A stretch of 63,923 bases of DNA, filler included, from Octopus bimaculoides (taxonomy: Eukaryota): assembly GCF_001194135.2 (NCBI RefSeq). It is 4 parts of 4 records of this genome, joined end to end, with 100 filler letters (N's around TTAATTAATTAA, not from the genome) between each part and the next. Parts side by side here need not be neighbours in the genome. Positions count along the whole stretch, not along the records: positions 27,929 to 51,677 come from NC_068997.1; positions 51,778 to 61,409 come from NC_068981.1; 2 more parts are not named here. One strand, 5' to 3'. The position numbers were made by a program, and so were the translations under genes. This document shows positions 39,046 to 52,398 of this stretch, in pieces (the first letter of the stretch is position 1; every line of letters begins with the position of its first letter). A model generated the notes under the pieces. The model did not search any database and was not told the origin of the DNA. It worked only from the letters and a program-made list of their open reading frames with translations.

Positions 39046-39109
39046 TGCATAAAAATTTATAAAACAAGCAGATGGAATGAACAGGATTTAATTACAAATC
39101 ACAACAATT

Positions 39110-39280
39110 ACTTTTGTGCAGTGTTAAGAAGCTTGCTTCCCAACCACATGGTTCTGGGTTCAGTCCCACTGCGTAGCACCTTGGGCAGTTGTCTCTTACT
39201 ATAGCCTCGGGCCGATCAAAGCGTTGTGAGTGGATTTGGTAAACGGAAACGGAAACCGTAAGTAGGCTGCCATATATATA
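39110..39280 (+). mobile_element. Family B SINE head running into (TA)n and a gap
   Basis: gttaagaagcttgcttcccaaccacatggttctgggttcagtcccactgcgtagcaccttgggcag. Confidence 0.9.
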
Positions 39281-39779
39281 NNNNNNNNNNNNNNNNNNNN
39301 NNNNNNNNNNNNNNNNNNNNNNNNNNNNNNNNNNNNNNNNNNNNNNNNNNNNNNNNNNNNNNNNNNNNNNNNNNNNNNNNNNNNNNNNNNNNNNNNNNNN
39401 NNNNNNNNNNNNNNNNNNNNNNNNNNNNNNNNNNNNNNNNNNNNNNNNNNNNNNNNNNNNNNNNNNNNNNNNNNNNNNNNNNNNNNNNNNNNNNNNNNNN
39501 NNNNNNNNNNNNNNNNNNNNNNNNNNNNNNNNNNNNNNNNNNNNNNNNNNNNNNNNNNNNNNNNNNNNNNNNNNNNNNNNNNNNNNNNNNNNNNNNNNNN
39601 NNNNNNNNNNNNNNNNNNNNNNNNNNNNNNNNNNNNNNNNNNNNNNNNNNNNNNNNNNNNNNNNNNNNNNNNNNNNNNNNNNNNNNNNNNNNNNNNNNNN
39701 NNNNNNNNNNNNNNNNNNNNNNNNNNNNNNNNNNNNNNNNNNNNNNNNNNNNNNNNNNNNNNNNNNNNNNNNNNNNNNN

Positions 39780-39849
<70 letters not shown>

Positions 39850-41371
39850 ACACACACACAATAAGATATGATGTGAGAAGCTCTAAGTATCCCCTCGGAA
39901 TAATCGATAACCGATGGGGAAATACAATGATGTTAATTTATATAATTGTTTCAGAACGGAAAAAATAACTGTGCTCCTCTTAGCTACTAAGATCTAAAAG
40001 ATGTTCCATGGCAATAGCAACATCTTCTATTGCACACTCTCACTTTCAAAGAGCAATCTAAGTCCTGACAGTATATGTATATTTTAAAGATTTGTGCATC
40101 ACCAATAGTTTTGTTTGACAGAAGGTGTAAAACCTCATTCAATACGCCCATCTCGGCAGTTCTGCAAATAATTAAATATGTATGCGAATCTTAATACTTG
40201 CCCGTATATAGGCAAACATATCTGCTACGTCTTAAAATCATATTGATGTGAAAGTACATGAGTGCATACAATAGAGCGGTCGTAGTCATGAATTGTCAGC
40301 TAAGCACTATCAATATATATATGTATAGATAGACAGACAGACAGACAGACAGATAGATATAAGAATAGATCTCATAAATAGTGATTTGTAACTTTGGCAC
40401 AAACTAAATGGTATGGGGAGGGAGAGGTATTCACAGTTTAATCGACCTCAGTACATTGAACACGTAACATTAAAATGATTATCATGCTATATTTTGGGTA
40501 TCTGAATTTCAACGTGAGGGAAAAAATTGAAATATTTGATATAGAGAAACAGTTTTGTTAGGATTTTGTTAGGATAGTCGTGTACTAGATACGGTCGGAA
40601 GCGTTCTACTGCCCATGGCAACTATATTACTTTCACAAAATTTTGCATTCACAAAGTGCGTCTTTATTAAAACTGTACTAGTGTCTGTAAGGCAACAGAT
40701 TCAAAATGATTGTTATTAATGGTTATCTTCAATATTTTTGAGGTGCTCGGTGTGAGCATCAAGGACGTGAGTTGGCAGGGTCAGGAGGGTTGATCTTCTT
40801 GGGCATGGGTTACGCTGCATCGAGACTGCAATATACACCTGAAGAAAAAGAGAAATATTTTGAAGTCCGATGGGTCACATTGCTTGGGAGTAATGGAAAG
40901 GATATTGTCAAGGCCGAAAATGGATACAAGTATTCTTTAGCGCTTGGCATTTCTGTGTGCGAAATGTGAACCTAACGGAGCGCAAAAAGGTCATTTTTGA
41001 AAATATTAACTAGTGTGTGCAGGTGCTGCGTAAGATGTGAAGCAACGCAGCAAAGCCAAGGTTCGCTATGTTGGACTACGGCTTTCAGAATCATCAATTC
41101 TGAGAAGTGGAGAAAAAGAGGGTCCTGCAAAGTTAGTATAAATCAGTCTGGCGAGTGACCAAAAGAACAGACTGCAGTTTGGAAGGTGAGAGAACTTGCG
41201 GATTGTGTGATGCACAGATCAACCATTATGATTCGGATTACGGGGGTTGCAACATACATACATACATACATACATACATGCACATATACACGCATATGCA
41301 CACATACACACACATGCACACATACACATACACATGCACACATATATGTACGTATATACTTACAAACCTGT

Positions 41372-42641
41372 ATGTGTGAAGGTAAGCAAAAGACTGTACG
41401 CTCGTTGCTTCAGTACTTTATTAAAACAAAAGAGGAGTTGAACAATTGCATCATTTTTCGATGCATTTCTTCCAGCGGTCCAGAAGCTTGCTTATTCCAT
41501 CAGAGAACAGAGTTTTCGACTAGTTACGCAGCCATTTATGCACTGCTTCCAGCACATGTTCGTCCGGTGTAAATCGACGACCTTGTAAAAAACTTTTGAG
41601 CGGTCTAAAAAGATAATAGTCGAAGGGGCGAGATTTGGATTGCATGCAGGTTGTTCCAGCAACTCGAATTCCAGTTTTTCAATGGTTTTCACGGTGTGAG
41701 CGGCCATATGTAGGTGTGAATTGTCGTACCACAATAACATTTGCTTTGCCAATAATCCTCGGCGTTTGGTGCAAATTGCTGATTTCAGTTTGTTGACCAG
41801 CATTTCACTGTAACCTACACTTAGTGACTTTAGACCCTTTTTCCAAGTAATGTTCCAGTATAGGCCCTTTCACGTCCCTCAAAACGATCAGAATCACTTT
41901 TTTCTGGAAGACTGAGTCATGAATTTCTTTTTCGCTGGCGATTCCGGGTGTTTCTATTACATACTCTACCTTTTGGATTCTGGCTTAAAGTGATGGACAC
42001 AGGTCTCATCTCTTGTGACTATTCTCTCTAAAAAAGGTTTCACCTTCATTGTTGTAGCAGTTGAGTAAGCTTTGTCTGAACGCCACACGATCGCGTTTAT
42101 GTGCCTCTGTAAACTCTCTTGGCACTCATCTCGCACAGACTTTACAGAAGCGAAGCTTGTCGTGGATGATTCGCATGTAGAACTACGACTAATTTGCAGA
42201 AAACATGCTATCTCATCAATGGTCATTTGACAATTCACCAGAAGCATTTATCGAGCTCGTTGCATCTTCAAGTCAGTGGTCGAAGTTGATGGACATCCTT
42301 CTACCACTTCGTGCTTCATGCTTGTCTGGCCATTTTTTAAACTTCTCGATCCACTCATATGCACTTCTTTGCAGTAGAGTACTATCCCCGTATTGCCCTG
42401 AAAGCCTGCAATGAATTTCAGTCCCTTACACCCTCACACCAGAGAAATCTTTCCTCTGGCACACTGCCAGCAAAGCAGCCAAGTTGGCTCTACAACACAA
42501 GGAAACTGAAGCAATTAAGGTCAGATCTCAGTTACGTAACCACAATAGTACCCCTTTTAGCATGTAAGCGCTGAAGGTAGTGCAGTCAACGCAAAGACAG
42601 GTTTGGCGGAAGTGCAGATCAGGTTTGAGCTCCCCTTGTAT
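41372..42641 (-). mobile_element. Near full-length decayed mariner (DD34D)
   Basis: FLERIVTRDETCVHHFKPESKR, WYDNSHLH and NPNLAPS(D) with 34 residues between the aspartates (last D frameshifted); about 1.27 kb; degenerate TIRs. Confidence 0.92.
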
Positions 42642-43728
42642 ATACGTATGTGTATATGTGTATTCATATTTAAGATAGTAGGTTATAATTTGAGGGAAGT
42701 TTCTCTGCTATCTCTAGTTGTCCAGTGAGTATGTAGAGTTTTCTACCCTGGCCCATGCATATATATATATATATATATANNNNNNNNNNNNNNNNNNNNN
42801 NNNNNNNNNNNNNNNNNNNNNNNNNNNNNNNNNNNNNNNNNNNNNNNNNNNNNNNNNNNNNNNNNNNNNNNNNNNNNNNNNNNNNNNNNNNNNNNNNNNN
42901 NNNNNNNNNNNNNNNNNNNNNNNNNNNNNNNNNNNNNNNNNNNNNNNNNNNNNNNNNNNNNNNNNNNNNNNNNNNNNNNNNNNNNNNNNNNNNNNNNNNN
43001 NNNNNNNNNNNNNNNNNNNNNNNNNNNNNNNNNNNNNNNNNNNNNNNNNNNNNNNNNNNNNNNNNNNNNNNNNNNNNNNNNNNNNNNNNNNNNNNNNNNN
43101 NNNNNNNNNNNNNNNNNNNNNNNNNNNNNNNNNNNNNNNNNNNNNNNNNNNNNNNNNNNNNNNNNNNNNNNNNNNNNNNNNNNNNNNNNNNNNNNNNNNN
43201 NNNNNNNNNNNNNNNNNNNNNNNNNNNNNNNNNNNNNNNNNNNNNNNNNNNNNNNNNNNNNNNNNNNNNNNNNNNNNNNNNNNNNNNNNNNNNNNNNNNN
43301 NNNNNNNNNNNNNNNNNNNNNNNNNNNNNNNNNNNNNNNNNNNNNNNNNNNNNNNNNNNNNNNNNNNNNNNNNNNNNNNNNNNNNNNNNNNNNNNNNNNN
43401 NNNNNNNNNNNNNNNNNNNNNNNNNNNNNNNNNNNNNNNNNNNNNNNNNNNNNNNNNNNNNNNNNNNNNNNNNNNNNNNNNNNNNNNNNNNNNNNNNNNN
43501 NNNNNNNNNNNNNNNNNNNNNNNNNNNNNNNNNNNNNNNNNNNNNNNNNNNNNNNNNNNNNNNNNNNNNNNNNNNNNNNNNNNNNNNNNNNNNNNNNNNN
43601 NNNNNNNNNNNNNNNNNNNNNNNNNNNNNNNNNNNNNNNNNNNNNNNNNNTAATTGTTATTTTTCTTGTCCGCCTTGTATCGTCTATCTATCGGAATGTT
43701 TTATTGTCCTCTATTGCGTTTTTGTTCA

Positions 43729-43779
<51 letters not shown>

Positions 43780-44974
43780 AGCTAGTAGGGGGTCATTAGA
43801 TGGAGATTTGACTACTGTTTCTACCGGGCTGATAAAGCATGGAGAGATTTGCTTTTTACATTTGATGTATACATATATATGCACACATTAGACAAATGAA
43901 CTGAATTTTAGGATGATTTTTGCCACTAATTCTCTCAGATCAGGCTGTCACATAGATGAGTTTCTCGTTGGTTTATACATACATGCAGACAAACACAAGA
44001 CACTATTGAGAAAAACGCTATTGAGTAGCTTCTTAAATTTGTCATTTTTAAGTAACGTCACTGGGGCAAATTTAATAGCTGACAATATTATGTGTAATTT
44101 AAAATGTCAAATTTGCTTAAGGAGACATCTGTATTTAATATAATGAATATATTTTATTTGAATACCTTACTTATGAGAGGTGGTAAGTACATTAAGGGCA
44201 GTCCAAAGTAACGTTATTAAAAAAGGGCGTCCATTCATGTGACACCATTTTAATATGTTTAGAACATAAATGTGCTCATCGGTTATTGTTGCTATATATA
44301 CAGTGTATTTAATGACTTTTCTATATTTGGAAACACGTTACAATTTATGTTCTTTGTTGATAAACTGTATTTGAATTCTTTTAATGTAATTTTTTACTGA
44401 TTTCATTGTTGTTACTGTTAATGTTGTTGCCTGGTCCGCAAAAAGTTCTTCCAGCCTTTTATACTTATATATTAAATTTTATACTTATATGAGAAACTAT
44501 GTTGCATTGTCTAATATATCCAGCATATTCAAGCTGGTGCAGTTTGATATGAGTGATTATTGAAGGAGTTTGAAAAACTTTTGTGAATTGACGAGTTTTT
44601 CAGTTTTTTAGCCACAACCATCACTCTCTTCTCCATGTCTCTCTCTTCATCCTGTCTCTCGATCTCTAGTTCTCTTCAGACGGAGAAAGAGAAATTCAGA
44701 GACGGGACAGCAAAAAAAAAAACAGAGTAAAAAGTTTGAGTTAAACGTTATAGAAAAGTATTTTAGAATGTTTCCTTAATTCACATCAAATTTTTCATGT
44801 TTCTGTTTTTAACGTTCTGTCTTTGTCTTTCTCTGTCTTTCTTGATAAGTAATGGAATGTGGTTTAAGGAGGGTTTGGTTATTATTTTGCAAAATAATGT
44901 TATGCAAGCTCTGAGTCGGCGAATAGTAATGATACTTATCATAATAATAAAATTAATAATAATGATTTTAGATT

Positions 44975-45175
44975 TTGGCACGAGGCCAGCAATTTCGTAG
45001 GAGGGAATCAGTCAATTATATCGACCCCAGTACTCAACTGGTACTTATTTTATCGACTCCGAAAGAATGAAAGTTAAAGTCGACCGCGGCGGAATTTGAA
45101 CTTCGAACATAAAGACGGACGAAATATCGCAAAGCACTTCGCCCGGCCTGTTAACGACTCTGCCAGCTCACCTTG
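44975..45175 (-). mobile_element. Family A SINE
   Basis: CpG-intact reverse-complement copy. Confidence 0.9.
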
Positions 45176-45204
45176 TTGTTGTTGTTGTTATTATTATTAT
45201 TATT

Positions 45205-45280
<76 letters not shown>

Positions 45281-45299
45281 TTTACTATAATAATAATAA

Positions 45300-46140
45300 G
45301 TTAGAAAACTATTACAAAATAACCTGCTCTATACAGCTAGAAAAATATTACAATATAACCTGCATTATACAGGTAGACAACTATTACAAAATAACCACCA
45401 TAGGATTACAGAAATACCTACTTCAGAGGCAAGGAAAAGTGATACATATGGCCACGAAACACGAACAAAATAAAAAAAACTGTTTTCCGTCGTTAAGGAA
45501 GCTGAAAAATACAAAAAATAAATCAACAAAAGCTGTAAAACAACTGAAATCCAAACTAAAACTGGAACAGCAGCGTATCATGATAAAGCGATGGCAAGAA
45601 AAGCCTCTTCATGGCAAATATTTGGTTAAACTAACCAGAAAAGAAATAGATAAAGCAAAATCTCAACAATAGCTGAGAAGCACAGGACTCAAAGCAGAGA
45701 CTCAAGGATTTTTAATTGCAGCACAAGATCAAAGCCACCAAGAGATCACCAAGAAACAATGCTTTCCAATCAATGTATCAATACCAACAGCTGACAATGT
45801 TTCTCTCAAAGAAACGGAGAAACTTTTAAAAAATACAAAGATTTGGAAATAGAGGTAACTTGAATGTGGAACTTAAAAACAGAAACCATTCTTATTATAG
45901 TAGGTGCATTAGAGATGATAAAAAAAACATTCAGACAAATACGTAACAAAAGTTCCAGGACTTACAAGTATACATAGCACACACAAAATAGCACTACTAG
46001 GTACAGCACACACCCTACGTAAAATACTTTCAATACAATGAAAATAGAATCGCCACAACAAACCACAGCACATACCCAAGGCACACAGAGCTGCGCTCAG
46101 TAGTGTAGCTAAAGCACGTGATAAGAATAAGACTACTGAA
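45300..46140 (+). mobile_element. R4/Dong-clade (RLE) LINE 3' remnant in an (AAT)n context
   Basis: KPLHGKY, LKAETQGFLIAAQDQ, then KETEKL.KYKDLEIEV..W....IIVGAL..IALLGTAHTLRKIL*; flanked by (AAT)n at 45189-45297 and taataatgatattatta at 46141. Confidence 0.85.
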
Positions 46141-46199
46141 TAATAATGATATTATTATTATTAATATAGAAAGGATTGAAGATATAGAGTCAAAATTAA

Positions 46200-48390
46200 A
46201 AGAAGAGTGCCTCTGAAAACGTGTCCAAAAACGGCTGCTGTAAGGACGGCTTCCAAGTAGCGATGATCTACTCTATCGAAAGATTTTGATTGATCTAAAT
46301 TGATCAGCCCCCCCCCCTCCGAAGTCAGCTTTAGTCCCTGTCCTCTCTACGATGTATCGTATAAGGTGGAACTTGCCGTTGATGGACATGCTCGGGATTG
46401 CCCACGTTTGTGCCTCTCGACAAGACTACCAACGACAAGCGCCAACCTTTTCGCTAATACCTTGGCCAAAATATTAAACTGAGTTTAGCAGTGTTGTGGG
46501 CCGAAAACTCTCTTCACGTCCCCATTGTCGGCGTCTTTTCTCTGCAGTGTTACCACACTCCGGCCAACAGCATTAAGAATTCTTCTGTTCTGCTGCCAGT
46601 TACCGTAGAAATCTGCCAAGAGGCTGCTAAACAAACCTGGGATGAAAACAGAATTCATAGGCAGGCCAAACCGGGCAATTTGCGACTTGTGCAATCGCTC
46701 ATCGCCTCTTGTATCTCAGAGCCTGTAATCGGCTTTTCAAAGAATCTTGCGTCCGTCAATGAGAGCCATGGTAGGCCTTCTAGGTTCGTTACCATCATCG
46801 ACCCATCACCCTCCCCAACCAGCCACGCAAAGTGCTGCTGGAAAACCGCGCACATCTGCTCAGAACCGAGTATCATTTGTCCGTCCTGATCCGTCAAAGA
46901 CTTGATCGTGGTTTTGTTTCCGCATCGCGTATCTACCGTTCGGACCCATCGTGTTTTAGCGCAAGGATCTTAGCTCTGACAACGCACCCTTAGTGTTTCG
47001 CCTCAAAAAAATGGTCAAGGGTTATTCCCGCTGCTAATACGTCGGTCGCGATGCCTTTACTAATAGCGTCTTCTGGTTTGCTAACTTGTTCTCCCTCTAA
47101 TCTATTTCTTTCTCTTGTTAAATCTTTGCTAAACGCTATCGATTCTACTCTAATCGCCCTCTTTAGAGTGATCTACCATCGGTTGTTGATGATAGACCCC
47201 GTCAACTGCCGCTTAACTAGTTCGCTAATTCGATCCATGTAATCTTTACAAGCCAGTAAGGACGCATTCATCTTCCAGTAACCGGGTCCCTGTCTACGGG
47301 TCGTATCTAAATCGACTGAGCATATCACAAATTTGTGATCCGTGTAGCCGACCAATTTAAATTTGTAGACAACCTATGCTATCACTATCCTCTGACCTAA
47401 CAAATACTCTATCTAAATACGTTATTGCAGTTGATGTTGGTTTGGGAAGAAGAGCATTCAGGAGAAACTTGCTTTTCCGGTGCATCCGGGGGTAGACGCC
47501 TTCCTTGTCTTGGTTTGGCAGTAGGTGTGAGCGTGTGTGTGTGTGTGTGGGGGGGGTGTAGGTGTAGGAGACTTGAGCACTTGTTTATGATTTTGCACTT
47601 GTATTTGTAATGTTAGTAGCAGTGGGACTTTATTTTTCTTTGTTTCGGGGCATAAAGCCTTTAAGTGATTTACAAATCCACATTTGTGGCATCTTGGCTT
47701 TCTACCTCTGCGAACACTGACAGGAAAGTGCCATCCAGGAGATCGATTTGATCGGGCAGCTGGTCGATATGGTCCTGCTTGAATTGCGAGATCAGTTCCA
47801 TACCTATACCTAAGCAGGTTTGCTTAGGAGGTAGTTTCTTGACTTCCAATATTATGACTTCGTCTTCTTCTAAGCCTGCCAAGGCGGCCTCCACTAGCCA
47901 GGTAATGGATATTTTCAACAGCACATTCAGCACCCTCATCTTGACAAGGCGTTGGCCACTATAGCTAGGAATTAAGAAAAAGTTGTCATTCTTCAAAGTG
48001 GTTGCGGAATTACATCTAGCTTCTTCTTCCGTCCCAAATCTCACCTCAATGGTTCCAAACTTCTTTCCTCAGGTGATGTGGGTCTTTTGTTCCCACACGT
48101 GCCCAAGGCATTTTTGTACTTCACTCTCAGGAGCATTTTACACCCGCCGAGACTTGACTCTGATGCAACGGTATGTTACCGCGCATCTTGCGATATTTTC
48201 TATCACGTCGGATGGAGGGCTTAGAGCTACCTTAATCCCATCTCTTTTTATAATTTTTCTTGCCAATTTCAAACAGTCTCAGAAATGTAATGGCAACAAT
48301 AGAAATGAAAAGACGGCGCTTTAGCAGGCCGAAAAGATTACAAACACATTTCAACTTACGGAGCACCAAATTTCCGTGACTTCACAGTAT
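46200..48390 (-). mobile_element. L1/Tx1-clade LINE remnant: 5' UTR, ORF1 with zinc knuckle, deletion, EN end and RT N-terminus
   Basis: CHKCGFVNHLKALC (CX2CX4HX4C) at 47690-47649; YLDRVFV, TDHKFV..GPGYWKMNASLL; KLPGL.CLPYE; ILAKVLAKRL; ends near the RT LDQSKAFDRVDH-like motif. Confidence 0.9.
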
Positions 48391-48454
48391 GGTGGCAATA
48401 ATAATAATAATAATAATAGTAATAATAATAATACTTACTACTACTACTATCGTG

Positions 48455-48650
48455 ACCAGGCCTAAAATTTGGGGGAGGGGGCTTGCAGCTTACATCGACG
48501 TCAGTGTTTGGCTGGTACTTATTTTATCGATCGCAAAAGTATGAAAGCAAAGTCGAACTCGGTGAGATTTGAACTCAGAACGTAATGACGGACGAAATGC
48601 TGCTATGCATTTTTCTCTAGCGTGCTAATGGTTCTGCCATCTCGCCACTT
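48455..48650 (-). mobile_element. Family A SINE
   Basis: CpG-intact reverse-complement copy. Confidence 0.88.
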
Positions 48651-48684
48651 TATAGTAATGACAGCGAGAAGAAAGAAAAGTTAA

Positions 48685-48845
48685 AACTGAAGTATTTGAG
48701 TAGGGTGAGAAGACTCTCGAAATTGAAATCGAATGGTTATTTCCGCGATTAACTCAAGGGTTGTAAGTATTATAAGGTATGGAGATCGTATAGTCAAATG
48801 GATGAAGGATGACCTAAAGATCTTGGAGAGAAAGACCAGAAAAAT
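48685..48845 (+). mobile_element. R4/Dong-clade RT C-terminal fragment
   Basis: AINSRVVSIIRYG..IVKW..DDLKILERKTRK. Confidence 0.75.
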
Positions 48846-50815
48846 TGCACACACTTATACATACAGTCACACACGTTCACATATATACTTACATACAAAT
48901 ACATTGGTTCTTAATGTGTATATGCATAAAGGCGCGTTTATATTTAGGTGTGTGTATGGATTTGTCCATTCGTTTTGATATTGTGACCGTTTACAGTGAT
49001 TTGCTTTTCTTTGCCTTCTCCCTGAAGTAACCAGAAATATTTAAATAAATTGCCCTGTATTTTACATTTAGTGTTTAGAAATTTTTGTCATTTATATTTG
49101 TCAGTGATACATTCGTGTAAGTATTCTTTTAATGGTTGGAAACTGTGTCGCTTCCTATAACATTTACTGCAGACCAGCGGATTTATGCTGGCATCGATAT
49201 TGTTTCAGGCTGTTATAACTCGACAGTTGCGACTCGTAAAACTTAGTTTAGTGTTTGGTCGAAATAAACGCTTAGAACACAAAATAAAATATTCTAAGGG
49301 AAAATAATAGAAAACATTTGGTCTAGTTTATGGACGCTTAGAAAGAAGGGACGTTCAGTAAATCACGAACATTTGTGCTCATTGTTTTTTTTTCTGCCAT
49401 TATATTAGAGAACATGTAGCAATTTACATAGATATAAGACATTGGTTGAGAAACAAGAACAAACATAAAAGTATACTTCCTTTCATAACACCCCCTATTA
49501 CAGAAATATTGTAGGTGATGTGAATGGCAAGTTACTGTTCTAATACCTTTATAAAAAATAAACGAAAAAACATTAGTGGTGGAAATGGAATGTTAAGTAT
49601 ATTTCCGAGAAACATGACGTAGCACTTATAGAGAGGCTTGCACTGAATAGTCAGAAGTTAGCCAGCTACTGAAACAGAATGGTAAGATACAAGAGCTAAA
49701 GAAACAACTACGACAAAATTATAATTTTGTACTAAAGTTCACCAATATTGATGATGTCTTTTCCAAGACCATTAGATATGTAGGAAAATTATGTTCAAAC
49801 AAAAATTAAAACTAGAAATCTGTTTTCCAGTAACTTACTCCGGAGCGCCCTTGTTCGGATAATCACTCTGATTTTTTAAGTGAATTAGTGACATTAGCCA
49901 TTGAAATAACGTCAACCAGCAATGGAAATCGGATCGCTGTCTTAGTTTAAGAAGAGTTTAATTCTACTACGCGTTTTTCCACTTCATACGATAATAATAA
50001 TGATTTCTGACATAGACATAACGGACAGAAAAATATGTGACCTTTCTGTCTGAAAATTTAAAAGGTAAGCTCAAACATGGAATCAAAACTAGGTTACATA
50101 CTAGACACGTCGAAGACTTACTCTACACTTATAAAAACGCAGCCATCAACATGAGTAGTGGTAATTTGGAAGTCAGTTATCATATAGGCTCTTTAATTGT
50201 AATAGCATAAACGATTTATTAAAATACGACAATGAGCGATAGTTAAAAAGTTGCTACATAGGAGTATCATTGCTAGGTTCTGATTACATGAAAGTAAAAC
50301 ATACATGATTACTTTGATCATACTGTCTAGGAACATAATTGAAATGAATGTCGTGATTATGGCAGAAGAGATAAGGGTCTCTCATTTGTCCAGACATTAC
50401 TGGCTTGAGCTAAATTAATGTCGACTTCTTGATAACCAGCGGCCTGCAATCGTCAACTATAAGCAAGCTTTCTGCGAGCTGAATATGCAACTAAGTTTTG
50501 ACTCTCAGTTGAAACCCTTTCACTTCACTTATGTCACTAACAGCTTTGAGAAAAACAATGTTCTATTTTTTCAACCCTTTTAAAGCTGAATACTTATGGC
50601 TGGATAAAGTACCAAATTCTGATCAATTATGTTCAATCGTTAACGAAAATCACATTCCTATATTCCTTAGTTTAAATGAAGAGATGCCGTATATTTCACA
50701 TATCCACGTAAGACTCAATGAGTTAGGTAACAGGGTAGTCGGGTGTGCGAGTAAGATTAAAGCTCCACTCTGTGTTTTAATTATGGTTTCATTGAAGAAA
50801 TTATACATAGAACAT

Positions 50816-50889
50816 CTAAATGAAATTAGCAACACACCAAGCGATACTTTGGATATACCAGTCCGTCTTGAACTTAACTTCAATAGCGT
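50816..50889 (-). CDS. Candidate short terminal exon (D)AIEVKFKTDWYIQSIAWCVANFI*
   Basis: Strong acceptor ctaatctttttctttttgtgtctacag|; the phase 1 frame would join the 53497-53766 exon; the phase 0 frame is also open. Confidence 0.25.
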
Positions 50890-51048
50890 CTGTAGACACA
50901 AAAAGAAAAAGATTAGAATAAAGTTATGAAATTCTGTTGACAATAACCTCTGCTTTGTCTCGTGTTTTAACTTTTGAATGCTGACACTCCGCTGGCTAGG
51001 CGATCAGGCCAACATTTCCTTTGAATGGAAGGCAACACCGTCGCAGGT

Positions 51049-51145
<97 letters not shown>

Positions 51146-51587
51146 GGAACACTGAAAAAGTAATTGCGAAGAAGATAAAAACTGGATAATAATGTGTGTT
51201 TGTTGGGGTCTATATATTCATATGATAAATATATTAAATATATAAATCTGACATCAAATGACAAAACCCGATGCCAAATAAAGAAGTCTAACTCCGCTGT
51301 AAAATTAATGGTATGCTAAATAAGACACCAGCTTTGATACTATAATTGTAAATCGGGTAGTTGTAACTTGAATTAAATGCTAGTCAAATTATGCAGTAGG
51401 CGGGGGTTTCACATTAGTGAGGTGGAGGACGTCGAGAGAATGCGTATTCCTTCCAAAATGCATATTCCTTCCAGATGAACCGTGAGATCTACTGGCGTCC
51501 AGTATGCGGAACTTTCCATTGACAATACTTGCACAAGCAAGTTGTTTCCACGTCTTTATATACATTATCTGTCTCTATATACAATGC

Positions 51588-51671
<84 letters not shown>

Positions 51672-51677
51672 TTATCT

Positions 51678-51777
51678 NNNNNNNNNNNNNNNNNNNNNNN
51701 NNNNNNNNNNNNNNNNNNNNNTTAATTAATTAANNNNNNNNNNNNNNNNNNNNNNNNNNNNNNNNNNNNNNNNNNNN
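51678..51777. other. Assembly spacer N44-TTAATTAATTAA-N44
   Basis: Same 100-bp cassette as at 27829. Confidence 0.95.
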
Positions 51778-51788
51778 ATTTTTATTAA

Positions 51789-52260
51789 GGCAGTGAGCTG
51801 GCAGAGTCATTAGCATGCCAGAATCTTTAGCATTAAGGCGGCGAGCTGGCAGAAATGTAAGCACGCCGGGCGAAATGCTTAGCGGTATTTCGTCTGCCGT
51901 TACGTTCTGAGTTCAAATTCCTCCGAGGTCGACTTTGCCTTTCATCCTTTCAGGGTCGATTAAATAAGTACCAGTTACGCACTGGGGTCGATATAATTGA
52001 CTTAATCCGTTTGGCTGTCCTTGTTTGTCCCCTCTGTGTGTAGCCCCTTGTGGGCAGTAAAGAAATAAGAATCATTAGCATGCCATACAAAATATTTAGC
52101 AACATTTCTTCTGTCTTTACTTTCTGAGTTCAAATATCATCAAGGTTGACTTAGCCTTTCCTCCTTTCGGGGTTGATTAAATAAGTACCTGTTGAGCACT
52201 GAGGCTGATGTAATCGACTAGCCCTCTTCCCCAATACTTGATGACTTGTGCCCATAGTAG
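51789..52260 (+). mobile_element. Young family A SINE (51837-52068) nested in an old CpG-decayed family A SINE
   Basis: Inner copy keeps its CpGs; flanking duplication gaatctttagcat (51821-51833) / gaatcattagcat (52069-52081). Confidence 0.85.
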
Positions 52261-52398
52261 AAAGGATCATCATCATCAGCAGCATCAATATTATTAATGC
52301 AATGAGCTGGCAGAATCATTGCTGTGCCGGGCAAAATGCTTAGCAGCATTTTAACTATCTACATGTTCTGAGTTCAAATTCAGATTACTATTATTATT

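Noticed and set aside
39110-39280. tRNA gene calls for SINE heads
   Set aside because: B-box-like motifs are present but there is no cloverleaf, and the heads are continuous with SINE bodies
40716-40838. Minus-strand exon after tttctctttttcttcag
   Set aside because: Good acceptor, but no donor or poly(A) support and no recognisable peptide in any frame
50531-50929. 132-aa plus-strand ORF
   Set aside because: No domain, splice or promoter support; the stronger signal is a minus-strand acceptor
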